64,000 nucleotides of DNA, from the NCBI GenBank assembly GCA_965223855.1, contig CBDCXM010000008.1, positions 32,001 through 96,000 of the forward strand, read 5' to 3'. The first letter of the stretch is position 1. The number at the start of each line of letters is the position of its first letter. Below the pieces are notes generated by a model, which was not told where the DNA came from, ran no database searches, and worked only from the letters and a program-made list of their open reading frames with translations. Positions 17,560 to 29,244 of this stretch are shown in pieces. The DNA comes from Candidatus Multivoradales bacterium (GTDB lineage: Bacteria > Acidobacteriota > Thermoanaerobaculia > Multivoradales > JAHEKO01). Made by a program: the position numbers and the translations under genes.

Positions 17560-18771
17560 TCAGCCTTCGAAGACGATCTGCCAGCGACCGTCCTCGAACA
17601 GCCAGTACTGGCGCTTCTTCTTCGACCCGCGAAAGTTGTCGCTCTCGTAGCGCTGCAGGAAATCCACGACGACCATCGCGTCTTCGCCCGGATAGCCGAA
17701 GATCGAGAGATCCTCGAGAGCGACCCTGATGTAGCGCTTCGACGGGTTGACCCTTCTCTTGTGAGCTGCGAAAGCGGCGCGATTCATGTCGCTCGTCCGG
17801 AAACTCGAGGCGTAGTGCCCGAGGTAGGAGTCGGCGTCGCGGCTCTCCCAGTCGAGCCTCCACTGCTCGATCGCCTCGCCCACCGACTCGCGGACCGAGC
17901 GCATCGAGTCGGGCGACACCCAACGAACGCCGCGGGTGAGGACGACCGGAGTCGAACCGACATCCACCTGCTCCCTCAGCGTGGCGAAATCTTCGTTGCT
18001 GAGGGTGACGCACCCGCGGCTCGACAGGGGCGGGCGGCTGTACCGTTCGGACTCGGTACCGTGAATCCAGATCCCACTGCCGGTGCGTCCCTGCAGACGA
18101 TCCCATTCGTTGGGATAGTCGATCGGGAACGCCCCGAGGCCGTAGAGATCCGGCAGCGTCTCGCCCGGCAGATAGGAGGAGACGCGGTAGAGACCGGTCG
18201 GCGTCTTCTCGTCCCCCTCGTAGCGCTTGTCCGTGCCCCCCTTGCCGATCGAGACGTAGAAGTCGAGCACCCTCTCCGGCCGGTCACCGACCAGGGAGAA
18301 GAGGTACAGCCGGTAGGCTTCGGTATCGACGAGAATCACGTTGCGAGTCTTCTCGGGGAGCTGCAACAGCTCGGCAGGGACGGCCTCGGACGGCGGCCCT
18401 TCGAGATACCGGGCCAGACGCGCCTGAGCCTCCTCCCGAAGTCCCGAGACGCTTTCCACGCCGGCGGCTTCTCCACCGAACGCGGCCAGCGGCTCTCGCA
18501 TCGCCTGCAGAAGGTCTCCTCGCACCAGCTGCGCGAGTTCGAAGTCCGGACGACGCTCGAGAATCCGCGAGGTGTGATCCAGAGCGTCCTCGAGACGACC
18601 GGCCTGGATGTCCAGGAGCGTCCAGATGAGGCGTTCCTCGATCGACGAGGTCGCCTGCCCCGAAGCCCCGATCTGGTGCCCGGCTTCGTCGAGTGCCTCG
18701 ACGCTTCCCGAGCCCAGAGCACAGAGCGAGGCCGCCAGAACAGCGATCCCGAGGTGCCGGCGTCGGCTCAC
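17560..18771 (-). CDS. L,D-transpeptidase (YkuD) with C-terminal NTF2-like domain
   Basis: 'EGDEKTPTGLY', 'GIWIHG...SSRGCVTL'. GTG start overlaps the upstream stop; signal peptide follows. Confidence 0.88.
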   Translation of the reverse strand: MSRRRHLGIAVLAASLCALGSGSVEALDEAGHQIGASGQATSSIEERLIWTLLDIQAGRLEDALDHTSRILERRPDFELAQLVRGDLLQAMREPLAAFGGEAAGVESVSGLREEAQARLARYLEGPPSEAVPAELLQLPEKTRNVILVDTEAYRLYLFSLVGDRPERVLDFYVSIGKGGTDKRYEGDEKTPTGLYRVSSYLPGETLPDLYGLGAFPIDYPNEWDRLQGRTGSGIWIHGTESERYSRPPLSSRGCVTLSNEDFATLREQVDVGSTPVVLTRGVRWVSPDSMRSVRESVGEAIEQWRLDWESRDADSYLGHYASSFRTSDMNRAAFAAHKRRVNPSKRYIRVALEDLSIFGYPGEDAMVVVDFLQRYESDNFRGSKKKRQYWLFEDGRWQIVFEG

Positions 18772-19781
18772 GACTCGGTCGACTCCTCTGCATCGATGCG
18801 CCAGGAATCTCCGGATCGGACGAGATCGAGCACCTTGACGACCGTGTCCTGAAAGCTGTCCGAGCGGTAGCGCTGCAGGAATCTCACCTGCACTCGACCG
18901 GAGCCGGCGGGACGTACCGCGATCGACTCGACGGCGACTTCGATGAACCTCGGCCCTTCGATCCTCTGCCTTCTTTGCCGTTCCCACTCCGCCCGACTGC
19001 GATCGGCCGGGGAGAAGTCCGGCGAGTAGTAGCCGAGATAGGCATTCACGTCCTGATCGGACCATGCCTGTGCCCAGGCGCGGACGAACCCCGCCACGGC
19101 CGCCGCATCGAACTGCGCCCTCGGCTCGTCGGCGGCGGGGCCGGAGGCATCACCTTGCCCGCCGGTGGGAGTCGGGTCTCCGAGCGGCTCGGCCGGAGCG
19201 ACCCGCTCGGTGAGAGGAGCCTTGACGGCAACTCTTCCCGACGAGGGAGCCGCCGTCTGCGGGACGGCTTCGCCCCCGTCGCTCCCGGACTCGAGGCCGC
19301 CGAGCAGCCGAAGATCCGGGCCGGCCGTCCCATCGCTCGACTCCTGACCGAGCGCGCGGTCGTAGGCACGACTCGCGAGCTTCCCGTAGACCTTCGTGAG
19401 GTTGTCGTAGGCGGTGCCGTAGCTCGAATGAGTGGCGAGCGCCAGCTTGAGGATCTCGACGGCACGCTCGTACTCGCCCCGCTCGGCGTAGAGGACAGCA
19501 AGGTTGTTGAACGGCTCCGGGTAGTCAGGATGGCTGCGCGTCAGTTCGAGGAAGATCTCCTCAGCCTCGGCCTCCCGGCCCGATCGAGCGAGCACGACCC
19601 CCTTGACGAACTGCGCTTCGGCGGAACCGTTGCCCTCGATCTCCGCATCCAACAGGCTGAGAGCCTCCGGTAGCCGGCCCTCCGACGCTGCTCTCGTTGC
19701 TCGCTCGATCGCCCCCTCCTGCGCCGCCAGTCCGCCGGCGAGCAGAGCGGCCGCAACCGCCGCGCACACCCGTCTCGTCAT
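18768..19781 (-). CDS. Secreted TPR protein with C-terminal NTF2-like domain
   Basis: 'PEPFNNLAVLYAERGEYERA' TPR, C-terminal 'WAQAWSDQDVNAYLGYYS...FLQRYRS'. Confidence 0.8.
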   Translation of the reverse strand: MTRRVCAAVAAALLAGGLAAQEGAIERATRAASEGRLPEALSLLDAEIEGNGSAEAQFVKGVVLARSGREAEAEEIFLELTRSHPDYPEPFNNLAVLYAERGEYERAVEILKLALATHSSYGTAYDNLTKVYGKLASRAYDRALGQESSDGTAGPDLRLLGGLESGSDGGEAVPQTAAPSSGRVAVKAPLTERVAPAEPLGDPTPTGGQGDASGPAADEPRAQFDAAAVAGFVRAWAQAWSDQDVNAYLGYYSPDFSPADRSRAEWERQRRQRIEGPRFIEVAVESIAVRPAGSGRVQVRFLQRYRSDSFQDTVVKVLDLVRSGDSWRIDAEESTES

Positions 19782-19883
19782 TGCCTCTCCTTCACGCTTT
19801 CCTCAGGCTTCCTGCCGCCAAAGCCGAGTCAAATGCTAGCACGGCTCCGGGCGGCCCGAACTGCGCGACAATGGCTCGAAATC

Positions 19884-19908
19884 GGAACTTTTTCCGGCTT
19901 CGGGCGTT
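19884..19908 (+). promoter_or_regulatory. ECF sigma-type autoregulatory promoter
   Basis: GGAAC-N16-CGTT, 10 nt upstream of the ECF sigma GTG. Confidence 0.7.
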
Positions 19909-19918
19909 GGAGCTAGAC

Positions 19919-20503
19919 GTGGAGACGGCCGTTCACCATACGCATGAACCGGACGACGCGGAACTCTTCCGTCGGGCGCGTGCCGGTGACCACCAGGCCC
20001 TCGGCGACCTGGTCGACCGGCACAAGGACGCGCTGGTCAACTACCTCACCCGGATCAGCGGCCGCCGCGAGACCGCCGAGGACACCGCGCAGGAGACCTT
20101 CCTCAAGCTCCTTCAGCACAGCGACCGTTACGTCGAGCGCGGACGCTTGCTCCCGTACATTTACCGCATCGCCACCAACCTCGTGCGCTCGGAGCAGAGG
20201 AGAAACCAGCGCTGGCGGCTCCTCCATCCCCGGCTGCTCGCAGGGAGCGAGCGCTCGGCCCCTCCGGCTCAGCATCACGGGATGGAACGCCGCCAACTCG
20301 GCAAAGTGCTGACCGGTGCGCTGGCTCAGCTGCCGTCCCGCTATCGGGTCCCTGTCGTCCTGCGAGACATCGAGGGCTGGGCCTACTCCGAGATCGCCGA
20401 CGTGCTCGGGGTCAGGCCGGGCACCGTCAAATCCCGCCTGCACCGGGGTCGCGCGCTCCTGCGCGACCTCGTTCGTCCTCACTGGAACGGAGTTTCGTCA
20501 TGA
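19919..20503 (+). CDS. ECF RNA polymerase sigma factor
   Basis: 'AEDTAQETFLK', 'YIYRIATN' and 'LRDIEGWAYSEIADVLGVRPGTVKSRLHRGR'. Confidence 0.92.
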   Translation: METAVHHTHEPDDAELFRRARAGDHQALGDLVDRHKDALVNYLTRISGRRETAEDTAQETFLKLLQHSDRYVERGRLLPYIYRIATNLVRSEQRRNQRWRLLHPRLLAGSERSAPPAQHHGMERRQLGKVLTGALAQLPSRYRVPVVLRDIEGWAYSEIADVLGVRPGTVKSRLHRGRALLRDLVRPHWNGVSS

Positions 20504-20934
20504 ATCGAGAACGCTCACCCTCGACCGAGGACGTGCGCAGAGCCCTCGGCTCGCTGCCACGCCACGCAGCGAGCGCAGGATTCACAGCGCGGCTGCTCTC
20601 CAGACACGCCGCCGCAGGGAGGCCCTCACCCCGACCGGGAATCCCGCGACTCGCACTCGCGATCGCGGCTGGCCTGATCGTGGTCTTCGGCCTGTTCGCG
20701 GTTCGCGGCCGGGTCACGCAGCAGCGGGAGGCCCGTCTCGCACGCGAGCATGCCGCTCTCTCGCTGGAGCTCGAGGCTCTCGATCGCCGCCTGCGGCAGG
20801 CCGAGACAATCTACGTCGGCAGCGATGCCGAGACCGATCTCGTGCTCTCGGTCGATGCCCTGGCTGCACTTTCCTCGACACGCAACTCGACCCTCTCCCC
20901 CGCCCTGTCCCAGCGTCAGGGTCCCCGACACTGA
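20500..20934 (+). CDS. Putative membrane anti-sigma factor
   Basis: Overlaps the sigma stop. 'ALGSLPRHAASAGFTARLL' followed by one TM helix and a short coiled coil. Confidence 0.65.
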   Translation: MNRERSPSTEDVRRALGSLPRHAASAGFTARLLSRHAAAGRPSPRPGIPRLALAIAAGLIVVFGLFAVRGRVTQQREARLAREHAALSLELEALDRRLRQAETIYVGSDAETDLVLSVDALAALSSTRNSTLSPALSQRQGPRH

Positions 20935-20984
20935 GAAGGCCCGGTACCGCCCGCACCGGCTGCGATTCACCTCAAGGAGTCATC

Positions 20985-21719
20985 ATGGTTCGTCTACCCG
21001 CCCTCGTCGCCGTCCTCGCCTCACTCGCCGTCCCGCTCGAGGCTCAGCACCGGACGGAGGAGTTTCGCAGCGAGAAGGTCTTCGTCTTTCGTGGCGGGCC
21101 GGGGGCTGCGCTTCGCCTCTCGACCTCCCATCTCGAAGGCGCGCACCTCGGCGTGACGACTCTCGACATGACCGAAGAGTTGCGCGCCCATTTCGGTGTC
21201 AGCACCGATCGCGGCGTGCTCGTCTCTTCGGTCCTCGAGGACTCGCCTGCCGGGCGTGCCGGTATCCGGGTCGCCGACATCGTCGCCCAGCTCGACGGGC
21301 AGCCTGTCTCCGGCTCGCTGATGCTCGCCGCCGCGATCGGACACAGACAGCCGAGCGACAGAATCGAGTTGGTGGTCGTGCGCGACGGCACCACGATCTC
21401 CTCGACGATCGAACTCGGCGAGGCGACGCGACGCCGGCTCGATCTCAGCCCGCTGCTGCTCGAAGCGCCCGTCGTCGAGGGTCGCTTCCAAGCGATGCGA
21501 GGCGAGCCGGCACCGGTGCTGCGCGAGGTGGAGACCGAGTTCGCCGCACCTCTCGGCCTGGACGCTCTCCTCACCCGAGTGAGTCAGCAGCTCGAAGATG
21601 AAGCCGTTCGCCAGCAACTCGACCTGCTCCTCCAGGAGCGCGATCTGCTGAGGCTCCAGGTCGAGAAACTGGAGACTCGCCTCGAGAGACTCGAGAGCGA
21701 TCTGTCCTCGCGACGGTGA
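20985..21719 (+). CDS. Secreted PDZ-domain protein with C-terminal coiled coil
   Basis: AAGGAG RBS, signal peptide and 'GVLVSSVLEDSPAGRAGIRVADIV'. Confidence 0.82.
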   Translation: MVRLPALVAVLASLAVPLEAQHRTEEFRSEKVFVFRGGPGAALRLSTSHLEGAHLGVTTLDMTEELRAHFGVSTDRGVLVSSVLEDSPAGRAGIRVADIVAQLDGQPVSGSLMLAAAIGHRQPSDRIELVVVRDGTTISSTIELGEATRRRLDLSPLLLEAPVVEGRFQAMRGEPAPVLREVETEFAAPLGLDALLTRVSQQLEDEAVRQQLDLLLQERDLLRLQVEKLETRLERLESDLSSRR

Positions 21720-21827
21720 TCCGCCACGTCACCCGACCGCGCCGGCCTGCAGCGAGGACGGCTCCGAGATCGGGGCTTTGCGACTTCCTACGACAAGACC
21801 TCGTGAAGTGCACGCTAGACTGGCGAC

Positions 21828-22427
21828 TTGCGCATCGCCATCCTCCCGGCCGCGGGCCGCTCTTCGCGGCTCGGTCGCCCCAAGGCCCTGATCGCCTGGC
21901 GTGGACGTAGCGTCGTCGAGACGATGCTCGGCACGCTGAAGACCGCAGGCGTCACCCACCAGGTCGTCACCATCGCCACCGGAGAGCTCGGGCTCGCTCG
22001 AACCCTCGAGTCGCTCGGGGTGCTCTTCTGCCTGCAGTCGAAGCCGCGTCGAGGCATGCTCGCTTCCATCCAGTTGGCGCTCGAGGCGGCCGCTCCATCG
22101 AGGCAAGACACCGTTGCGATCTGCCCGATCGACGTTCCGGCTCTGTCGAGCAGCACGGTCGGTCTGCTGTTCGACACCGTGGAGAGACCGGGAGGGCCCG
22201 GGGTGGCAGTGCCGCTTCACGATGGCCGTCGCGGACATCCGGTGGTGCTACGCGGCAGCCTGGCGAAAGAGATCTTCGCCCTCGATCCCGCGATCGGTCT
22301 GCGGGACCTGTTCCGGACTCATTCCCCCGAGCCGGTACGGTGCGACGATCCCGGGACGGTTCTCGATCTCGACACATGGATCGACCACCTCCAGCTCGAG
22401 GAGCTCTCCGGGCCCGTCGAGTCCTGA
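21828..22427 (+). CDS. NTP transferase, MocA/MobA-like
   Basis: 'ILPAAGRSSRLGRPKAL', 'PIDVP', 'GRRGHPV' and 'DLDT'. Confidence 0.85.
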   Translation: MRIAILPAAGRSSRLGRPKALIAWRGRSVVETMLGTLKTAGVTHQVVTIATGELGLARTLESLGVLFCLQSKPRRGMLASIQLALEAAAPSRQDTVAICPIDVPALSSSTVGLLFDTVERPGGPGVAVPLHDGRRGHPVVLRGSLAKEIFALDPAIGLRDLFRTHSPEPVRCDDPGTVLDLDTWIDHLQLEELSGPVES

Positions 22428-22455
22428 CGCGAGAGACCCGGAGACTTCGAGTTCT

Positions 22456-23283
22456 CTACACACCGACGGCGCGCCGCTCCAACTCGGCAGCGACGTGCCC
22501 CCCGACCAGGATCGACAGCGCCGTCAGGTAGAACCAGACGAGCAGCAGCATGCCGCCCCAGACGTAGCCGTACGGGGTGTAGTCCGACAACCCCCTCACG
22601 TACAGCCGGAAGAGCACCGACACTCCGGCCCAGGCGGAGGTACCGACCAGAGCGCCGACGAGGATTCTGCGCTTGGAGCGACTCTGGTCGTGGAAGGGCA
22701 GGAAGTAGTAGATGAGCCACAACATCGAGAGCGCGACAAGGAAGAGGACGGGCCAGCGCAATCCGCTGGCCAGGGACTCGAGGCCGGTGAGACGGCTCAG
22801 CTCGGGCCCGGCGAGGAGCGCCACTGCGCTCCCCAGCATTGCACCGAGAGCGAGCAGCAGGAAGACGACCGCCATCGCCCGTTTGCGCCACCACTTCCTG
22901 CGTCGGCGGACGCAATAGGCCATGTTGAGGCCGTCGAAGAGCGCTGCGAAGACGTTCGAAGCGAAGATGAACGTGAGGACGACGGATACCGAGAGCACAC
23001 CCGGGCGCCGTTCGATGGTCACCTCGGCGACGAAGTCTTCCAGCACCCGATACGCCTCCCCGGGAAGGGCGCTGCCGAGCTGCCGCATGACCCAGTGGAA
23101 GGCATCGTCCCCGCCGACGAGCCCGGTCAGGGAGAAGAGCGCAAGAAGAAAGGGGAAGAGCGAGAGGAACCCGTAGTAGGCGACACGCGCCGCCTCGGCG
23201 GTGACTCGATCGCGTCGCAGTGTGCCGACGATCGCCCGGCCGACCACGTCGAGCCAGTTCCACGCTCGGGAGAGAAGGCTCAC
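22456..23283 (-). CDS. YihY/BrkB family membrane protein
   Basis: 'AARVAYYGFLSLFP', several TM helices and 'YG...LLVWFYL...ILVGG'. Confidence 0.88.
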   Translation of the reverse strand: MSLLSRAWNWLDVVGRAIVGTLRRDRVTAEAARVAYYGFLSLFPFLLALFSLTGLVGGDDAFHWVMRQLGSALPGEAYRVLEDFVAEVTIERRPGVLSVSVVLTFIFASNVFAALFDGLNMAYCVRRRRKWWRKRAMAVVFLLLALGAMLGSAVALLAGPELSRLTGLESLASGLRWPVLFLVALSMLWLIYYFLPFHDQSRSKRRILVGALVGTSAWAGVSVLFRLYVRGLSDYTPYGYVWGGMLLLVWFYLTALSILVGGHVAAELERRAVGV

Positions 23284-23996
23284 AGGTGCCCCCGCAACCA
23301 CGAAGCACGCTCCATCCTGCGCTCGATGCGCTCGACGGCGACCAGAAGCGAGGGCTCCTGACCGTCCGCCCGCCAGCTACGCGGCCGGGGTAGGACGGCC
23401 GCGAGGCGCGCCGCCTCACGGCGAGTCAGCGAGGACGCCGACTTGCCGAAGAAGTGACGGCTGGCCGCCCCGCACCCGAAGACCCCTTCGCCGAACTCGA
23501 CGATGTTGAGGTAGACCTCGAGGATCCTCCGTTTCGACAGATGCTCCTCCAGCTGTCTCGTCAGCAGGAACTCCCGTGCCTTTCTCAGCGGTGACCTGGA
23601 CGGGGAGAGCCACAGGTTCTTCGCCAGCTGCTGTGTGAGCGTGGAAGCGCCACGCGGTGCCTCCCGTCGCTCGATCGCATCGTCGATCGCATTGCGCACT
23701 TCTCCCCAATCGAAGCCGGAATGAGAGAAGAAGTTGATGTCCTCCGACACGACGACGGCTCGCTTGAGCGACTCGGCGATACGCCCGTACTCCACCCACG
23801 ACAGGTCGACCTCTTCCCCGCTCTTCTCCTCCCAGCGACGAACGAAAGCGCTGTCGCTCGGATTCGCCCCGGCGACTGCCGCCACGTCGGGCCACCGCCA
23901 CCACTCGAAGCCGGCCCAGAGCACCAGCGCCGCGAGGCCCGGGACGAGCCAGCGGAAGCGATTCGAGCGACGCACGGGAGTTTCCTGAGAGTTCAT
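23280..23996 (-). CDS. mtgA: Monofunctional peptidoglycan transglycosylase
   Basis: 'SEDINFFSHSGFD', 'RGASTLTQQLAKNL' and 'KRRILEVYLNIVEFG'. Confidence 0.92.
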   Translation of the reverse strand: MNSQETPVRRSNRFRWLVPGLAALVLWAGFEWWRWPDVAAVAGANPSDSAFVRRWEEKSGEEVDLSWVEYGRIAESLKRAVVVSEDINFFSHSGFDWGEVRNAIDDAIERREAPRGASTLTQQLAKNLWLSPSRSPLRKAREFLLTRQLEEHLSKRRILEVYLNIVEFGEGVFGCGAASRHFFGKSASSLTRREAARLAAVLPRPRSWRADGQEPSLLVAVERIERRMERASWLRGHL

Positions 23997-24155
23997 CCGA
24001 CGGCTCGAGGGAAGTAGCCAGATGGGGCGGGAGATCGCGGGTTAGGATAACGCCTTACCGGCTCCCCGGGCATCGCTTCCGGATCGAACTCTGGATGCCT
24101 CGAGCGCCGGACAACCTTCCTCAAGACCTCTGACCCTCCCGTCACGGAGCGATCC

Positions 24156-25403
24156 ATGAAGATCCGAGCGTTTCACGGCCTCCGCTTCAGCGGCGATGCA
24201 CCGCAAGCCGGCTCTCTCGCAGCGCCGCCCTACGACCAGGTCGACGAGGAACGGCGCGACGCCTTCCACCGCACACCAGGGCACTTCGTCCATCTGACCT
24301 GTCCGGTGCCCGGAACCAGCGGCAGCGCTCACGAGAACAGCGCGCATCTCCATCGAGAGTGGCAGGCCGAGGGCCGTCTCCTGCGGGACGACGAACCGGG
24401 CCTGTACCTCAACACCATTCTCACCCCGCGGGGAGGGGTGAGACATGGACTGACAGCGCTCGTCGACATCGAGCCGTCCGAAGCCGGCGTCATCAGGCCT
24501 CATGAGTTGACCGTCGAGAAGACGGTCGAAGAGCGACTCGGTCTGCTCAGAACGACCGGCATCGACTACGAGCCGATTCTGCTGCTGTCCGAGGATCGCG
24601 GCGAGCTAGAGCAACAGCTCACCGCCGACTACGAAGACTCGGAGCCGCACGCCGTCCACCGTGACGAGGACGGCAACGTTCACGAGAGTCGGCGTATCAC
24701 CGGAAGCGAACAGATCCGGGCGTACCGTTCGATCCTCGACGGCGCGGCGGGCCTCATCGCCGACGGTCACCACCGCTACCGGACGGCCGGCCTGTTCGCC
24801 CGGGAGATCGATGCCGTTCGAGGCACCGGCGCCGCTGCGAAACTGGCGGTGATCACGAGCCTCGAGTCGAGCTCGCTCACCATCGATCCGATCCACCGCG
24901 CATTTCCCCAAGCCGTCTCCCGCGATGCCGTCGCCGACTGCATACTCCGCGCCACGGCCATCGAGGCCTCCACGGGCGGCGAGCTGGCGAGTACGGTCGC
25001 CGAGGCGGCGAGTGCGGGAGGCGACTCCCCCGCCCTCGCGCTCCTCACGGCGGGCGAGGCGCAGCTGCTGGAGCTCGATCCCGCCTGCGGTCCCGACTCC
25101 CTGCCCCGCGCGGCCTCCGACCTCGCGGTCGTACTCCTGCACTCGGCGCTCCTTCCCGGTTGGGGCTTCGAAGCCGCGGCGGCGACCGACGGCACCCTGG
25201 CCTACCGGTCTGACGTCGAAGTGCTGTGGCGGCAGGTGATGGACGGCACCTTCCCGGCCGGCATCGTGCTGCCGCCGATGACCGCTCCGGGATTCGCCGC
25301 AGCGATCGCCAACGGCGACGTTCTGCCGCCGAAGTCCACCCGCTTTCTGCCGAAGGTGGTCTCCGGCCTGGTCTGGGCCGACCACCGCGACCCGGTCTTC
25401 TGA
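24156..25403 (+). CDS. DUF1015 family protein
   Basis: 'APPYD', 'PHELT', 'IADGHHRY' and 'LPPKSTRFLPKVVSGL'. Confidence 0.88.
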   Translation: MKIRAFHGLRFSGDAPQAGSLAAPPYDQVDEERRDAFHRTPGHFVHLTCPVPGTSGSAHENSAHLHREWQAEGRLLRDDEPGLYLNTILTPRGGVRHGLTALVDIEPSEAGVIRPHELTVEKTVEERLGLLRTTGIDYEPILLLSEDRGELEQQLTADYEDSEPHAVHRDEDGNVHESRRITGSEQIRAYRSILDGAAGLIADGHHRYRTAGLFAREIDAVRGTGAAAKLAVITSLESSSLTIDPIHRAFPQAVSRDAVADCILRATAIEASTGGELASTVAEAASAGGDSPALALLTAGEAQLLELDPACGPDSLPRAASDLAVVLLHSALLPGWGFEAAAATDGTLAYRSDVEVLWRQVMDGTFPAGIVLPPMTAPGFAAAIANGDVLPPKSTRFLPKVVSGLVWADHRDPVF

Positions 25404-25408
25404 GGGCG

Positions 25409-25777
25409 ATGCCCACCTTCCGGCAGCGTGACGAGACTCCGGTCGTCGTTTTCGACGCCGCGCTGGAGATCTCCCCGTTCACGCTCTTCCGGAGGCTGAG
25501 CGACGGGATCGAGACGACGCTGATCGACGTACGCCCGGAACGCGGCGGCAGGGAACTCGCCGGCGCCCTCTCGATCGACGACCTGCCGGACGATCGCCAA
25601 CAGCCGATAGTCTTGTTCGACGACGACGGGAGCCGCGCCCTCGAGCATGCCCGAAAGCTCCAGGAGGCCGGCTACCCGTTCGCCAAGGCGCTCTTCGGCG
25701 GCCTCGACCTCTACGAGTTCTCTCTCGACCCCGAAGTGGTCGGCGCCGAGACCTTCCTCGTCAGGAACCCTGACTGA
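25409..25777 (+). CDS. Rhodanese-like protein without active-site Cys
   Basis: 'LIDVRP...LAGAL...IVLFDDDG...LQEAGY...LFGG'. Confidence 0.7.
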   Translation: MPTFRQRDETPVVVFDAALEISPFTLFRRLSDGIETTLIDVRPERGGRELAGALSIDDLPDDRQQPIVLFDDDGSRALEHARKLQEAGYPFAKALFGGLDLYEFSLDPEVVGAETFLVRNPD

Positions 25778-26793
25778 CCGAGCCGTCGGCGCCAACGGTC
25801 CACAACTCGCCCGAGTAGAGGAGCTCTTCCAGGGTGCCCTGGCCGCGAGATTCGATCTCGCCCTCGATCTGCCCGACCACACCGCCGTCGTAGCTCGGCT
25901 CATCGATCGCCCGCATGATCCCCACGGGGGTGGGGAATGCCGGCGGCACCATCTGCGCCATCATGAACGCGGCGGTCGGGTTGGGGTTCGTCTCGTCCCA
26001 GACCAGGCAGTCGTCGGCCGTGAACCCGTCAGAGAACTTCACCACCTCGAGCTCCGTTCCCACCAGCCTCACGCCGCGATCCTTCTCCTTGCCGAAGACC
26101 ATCGGTTGACCGTGCTCCAGGAAGAGCGTCTGGTCGTCGCGCACGTCCTTCTCCGTCATGTACGCGAAGGCCTTGTCGTTGAAGATGTTGCAGTTCTGGT
26201 AGATCTCGATGAACGCGGTCCCCTCGTGCTCGGAGGCGCGCATGAGCGTGTCCCTGAGGTGTGCCTGGTAGATGTCCACGCTGCGAGCGACGAAAGTCGC
26301 CCCCGCTCCGACAGCCAGCGCCAGCGGGTTGAAGGGAGTGTCCAGCGAGCCGACCGGTGTCGACTTGGTGCGCTTCCCCACCTCGCTGGTCGGAGAGTAC
26401 TGCCCCTTCGTGAGGCCGTAGATGCGGTTGTTGAACAGCAGCACTTTCACGCCGACGTTGCGGCGGAGGAGATGGATCAGATGGTTGCCACCGATCGACA
26501 TCGCGTCGCCGTCGCCGGTCGCGATCCACACCTGGAGGTCCGGTCGGGTGATCTTGAGCCCGGTCGCTACGGCAGGCGCCCGGCCGTGAATGGCGTGAAA
26601 GCCGTAGGAGTCGACGTAGTACGGGAAGCGGCTGGAACAGCCGATGCCCGAGACGACGACGAACTTCTCCTTCGGCAGACCGAGCTTCGGCATGATCGTC
26701 TGCATCGCCGAGAGAATGGCGTAGTCGCCGCAGCCGGGGCACCAGCGAACCTCCTGATCGGATTGGAAGTCCTTCTTCGTCAGCGTCGGGGTG

Positions 26794-26804
<11 letters not shown>
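25761..26804 (-). CDS. korB: 2-oxoacid:ferredoxin oxidoreductase beta subunit
   Basis: 'WCPGCGD', 'GIGCSSR', 'GDGD' and 'NNRIYGLTKGQYSPT'. Confidence 0.92.
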
Positions 26805-28689
<1,885 letters not shown>

Positions 28690-28748
28690 GGGCGGATCTC
28701 CGCGAGAAATGGCGACTCGGTGAGTCGGTCCCGAAAGAAGGGGTCTAG

Positions 28749-28804
28749 GGGAAGGAGCTCGGGAAGGAGTTCGGGAAAGGGTTCGGGACAGGATGTTCGG
28801 GAAC
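28749..28804. repeat. Degenerate ~12-bp tandem repeat (GGGAAGGAGTTC-like, about 4.5 copies)
   Basis: gggaaggagctc gggaaggagttc gggaaagggttc gggacaggatgttc gggaac. Confidence 0.7.
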
Positions 28805-29010
28805 CGACGCTGCTGCGGGCTCGGCGGTCGTGCCCCCTCGCCCGAGCGTAGGCTCCCGGATCGGGAATCTTGGCGTCTAGGTGCGTTCTCGGATCGGCGG
28901 CCGAACGTAGGGACCGGTCATGGGCGACCGGGCCGGGGAAAGGGCGGAGCGACAGCAACGCGGCGTTTCCGGTGGCTCGAAGGCGCCCGGCTCGCAGCGC
29001 TGACGTTAGG

Positions 29011-29038
29011 ACTTTAGCAGACGCCCGGGGCCTCTCAA
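29011..29038 (-). promoter_or_regulatory. Probable sigma-70 promoter for korAB
   Basis: TTGAGA-N16-TAAAGT with extended -10 TGn; about 320 nt upstream of korA. Confidence 0.45.
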
Positions 29039-29173
29039 AGAGGCGCTCCTCCTCGCTTTCGACCCTCGAATCGAGCCGTCTGTCACGGCAGCGAACGGCG
29101 GGTGGCGTAGGATCGAGCGGTTCGACTCCGCCCGCCAACGTAGCTGCTGAGTCGCACCTCGAACCCGGTCGAT

Positions 29174-29198
29174 GGAACTCGGGGCGAGACTCAGCGTA
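29174..29198 (+). promoter_or_regulatory. ECF-type promoter upstream of the SpoIIE phosphatase
   Basis: GGAAC-N16-CGTA, same architecture as 19884-19908. Confidence 0.45.
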
Positions 29199-29244
29199 GG
29201 TAACGGGGACGGGCGGTGCTTCTGCGCCGCCACGTCAACGATCG

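Noticed and set aside
29095-29140. tRNA/tmRNA suggested by GGTTCGACTCC
   Set aside because: No matching acceptor stem, D-arm or anticodon arm could be built.
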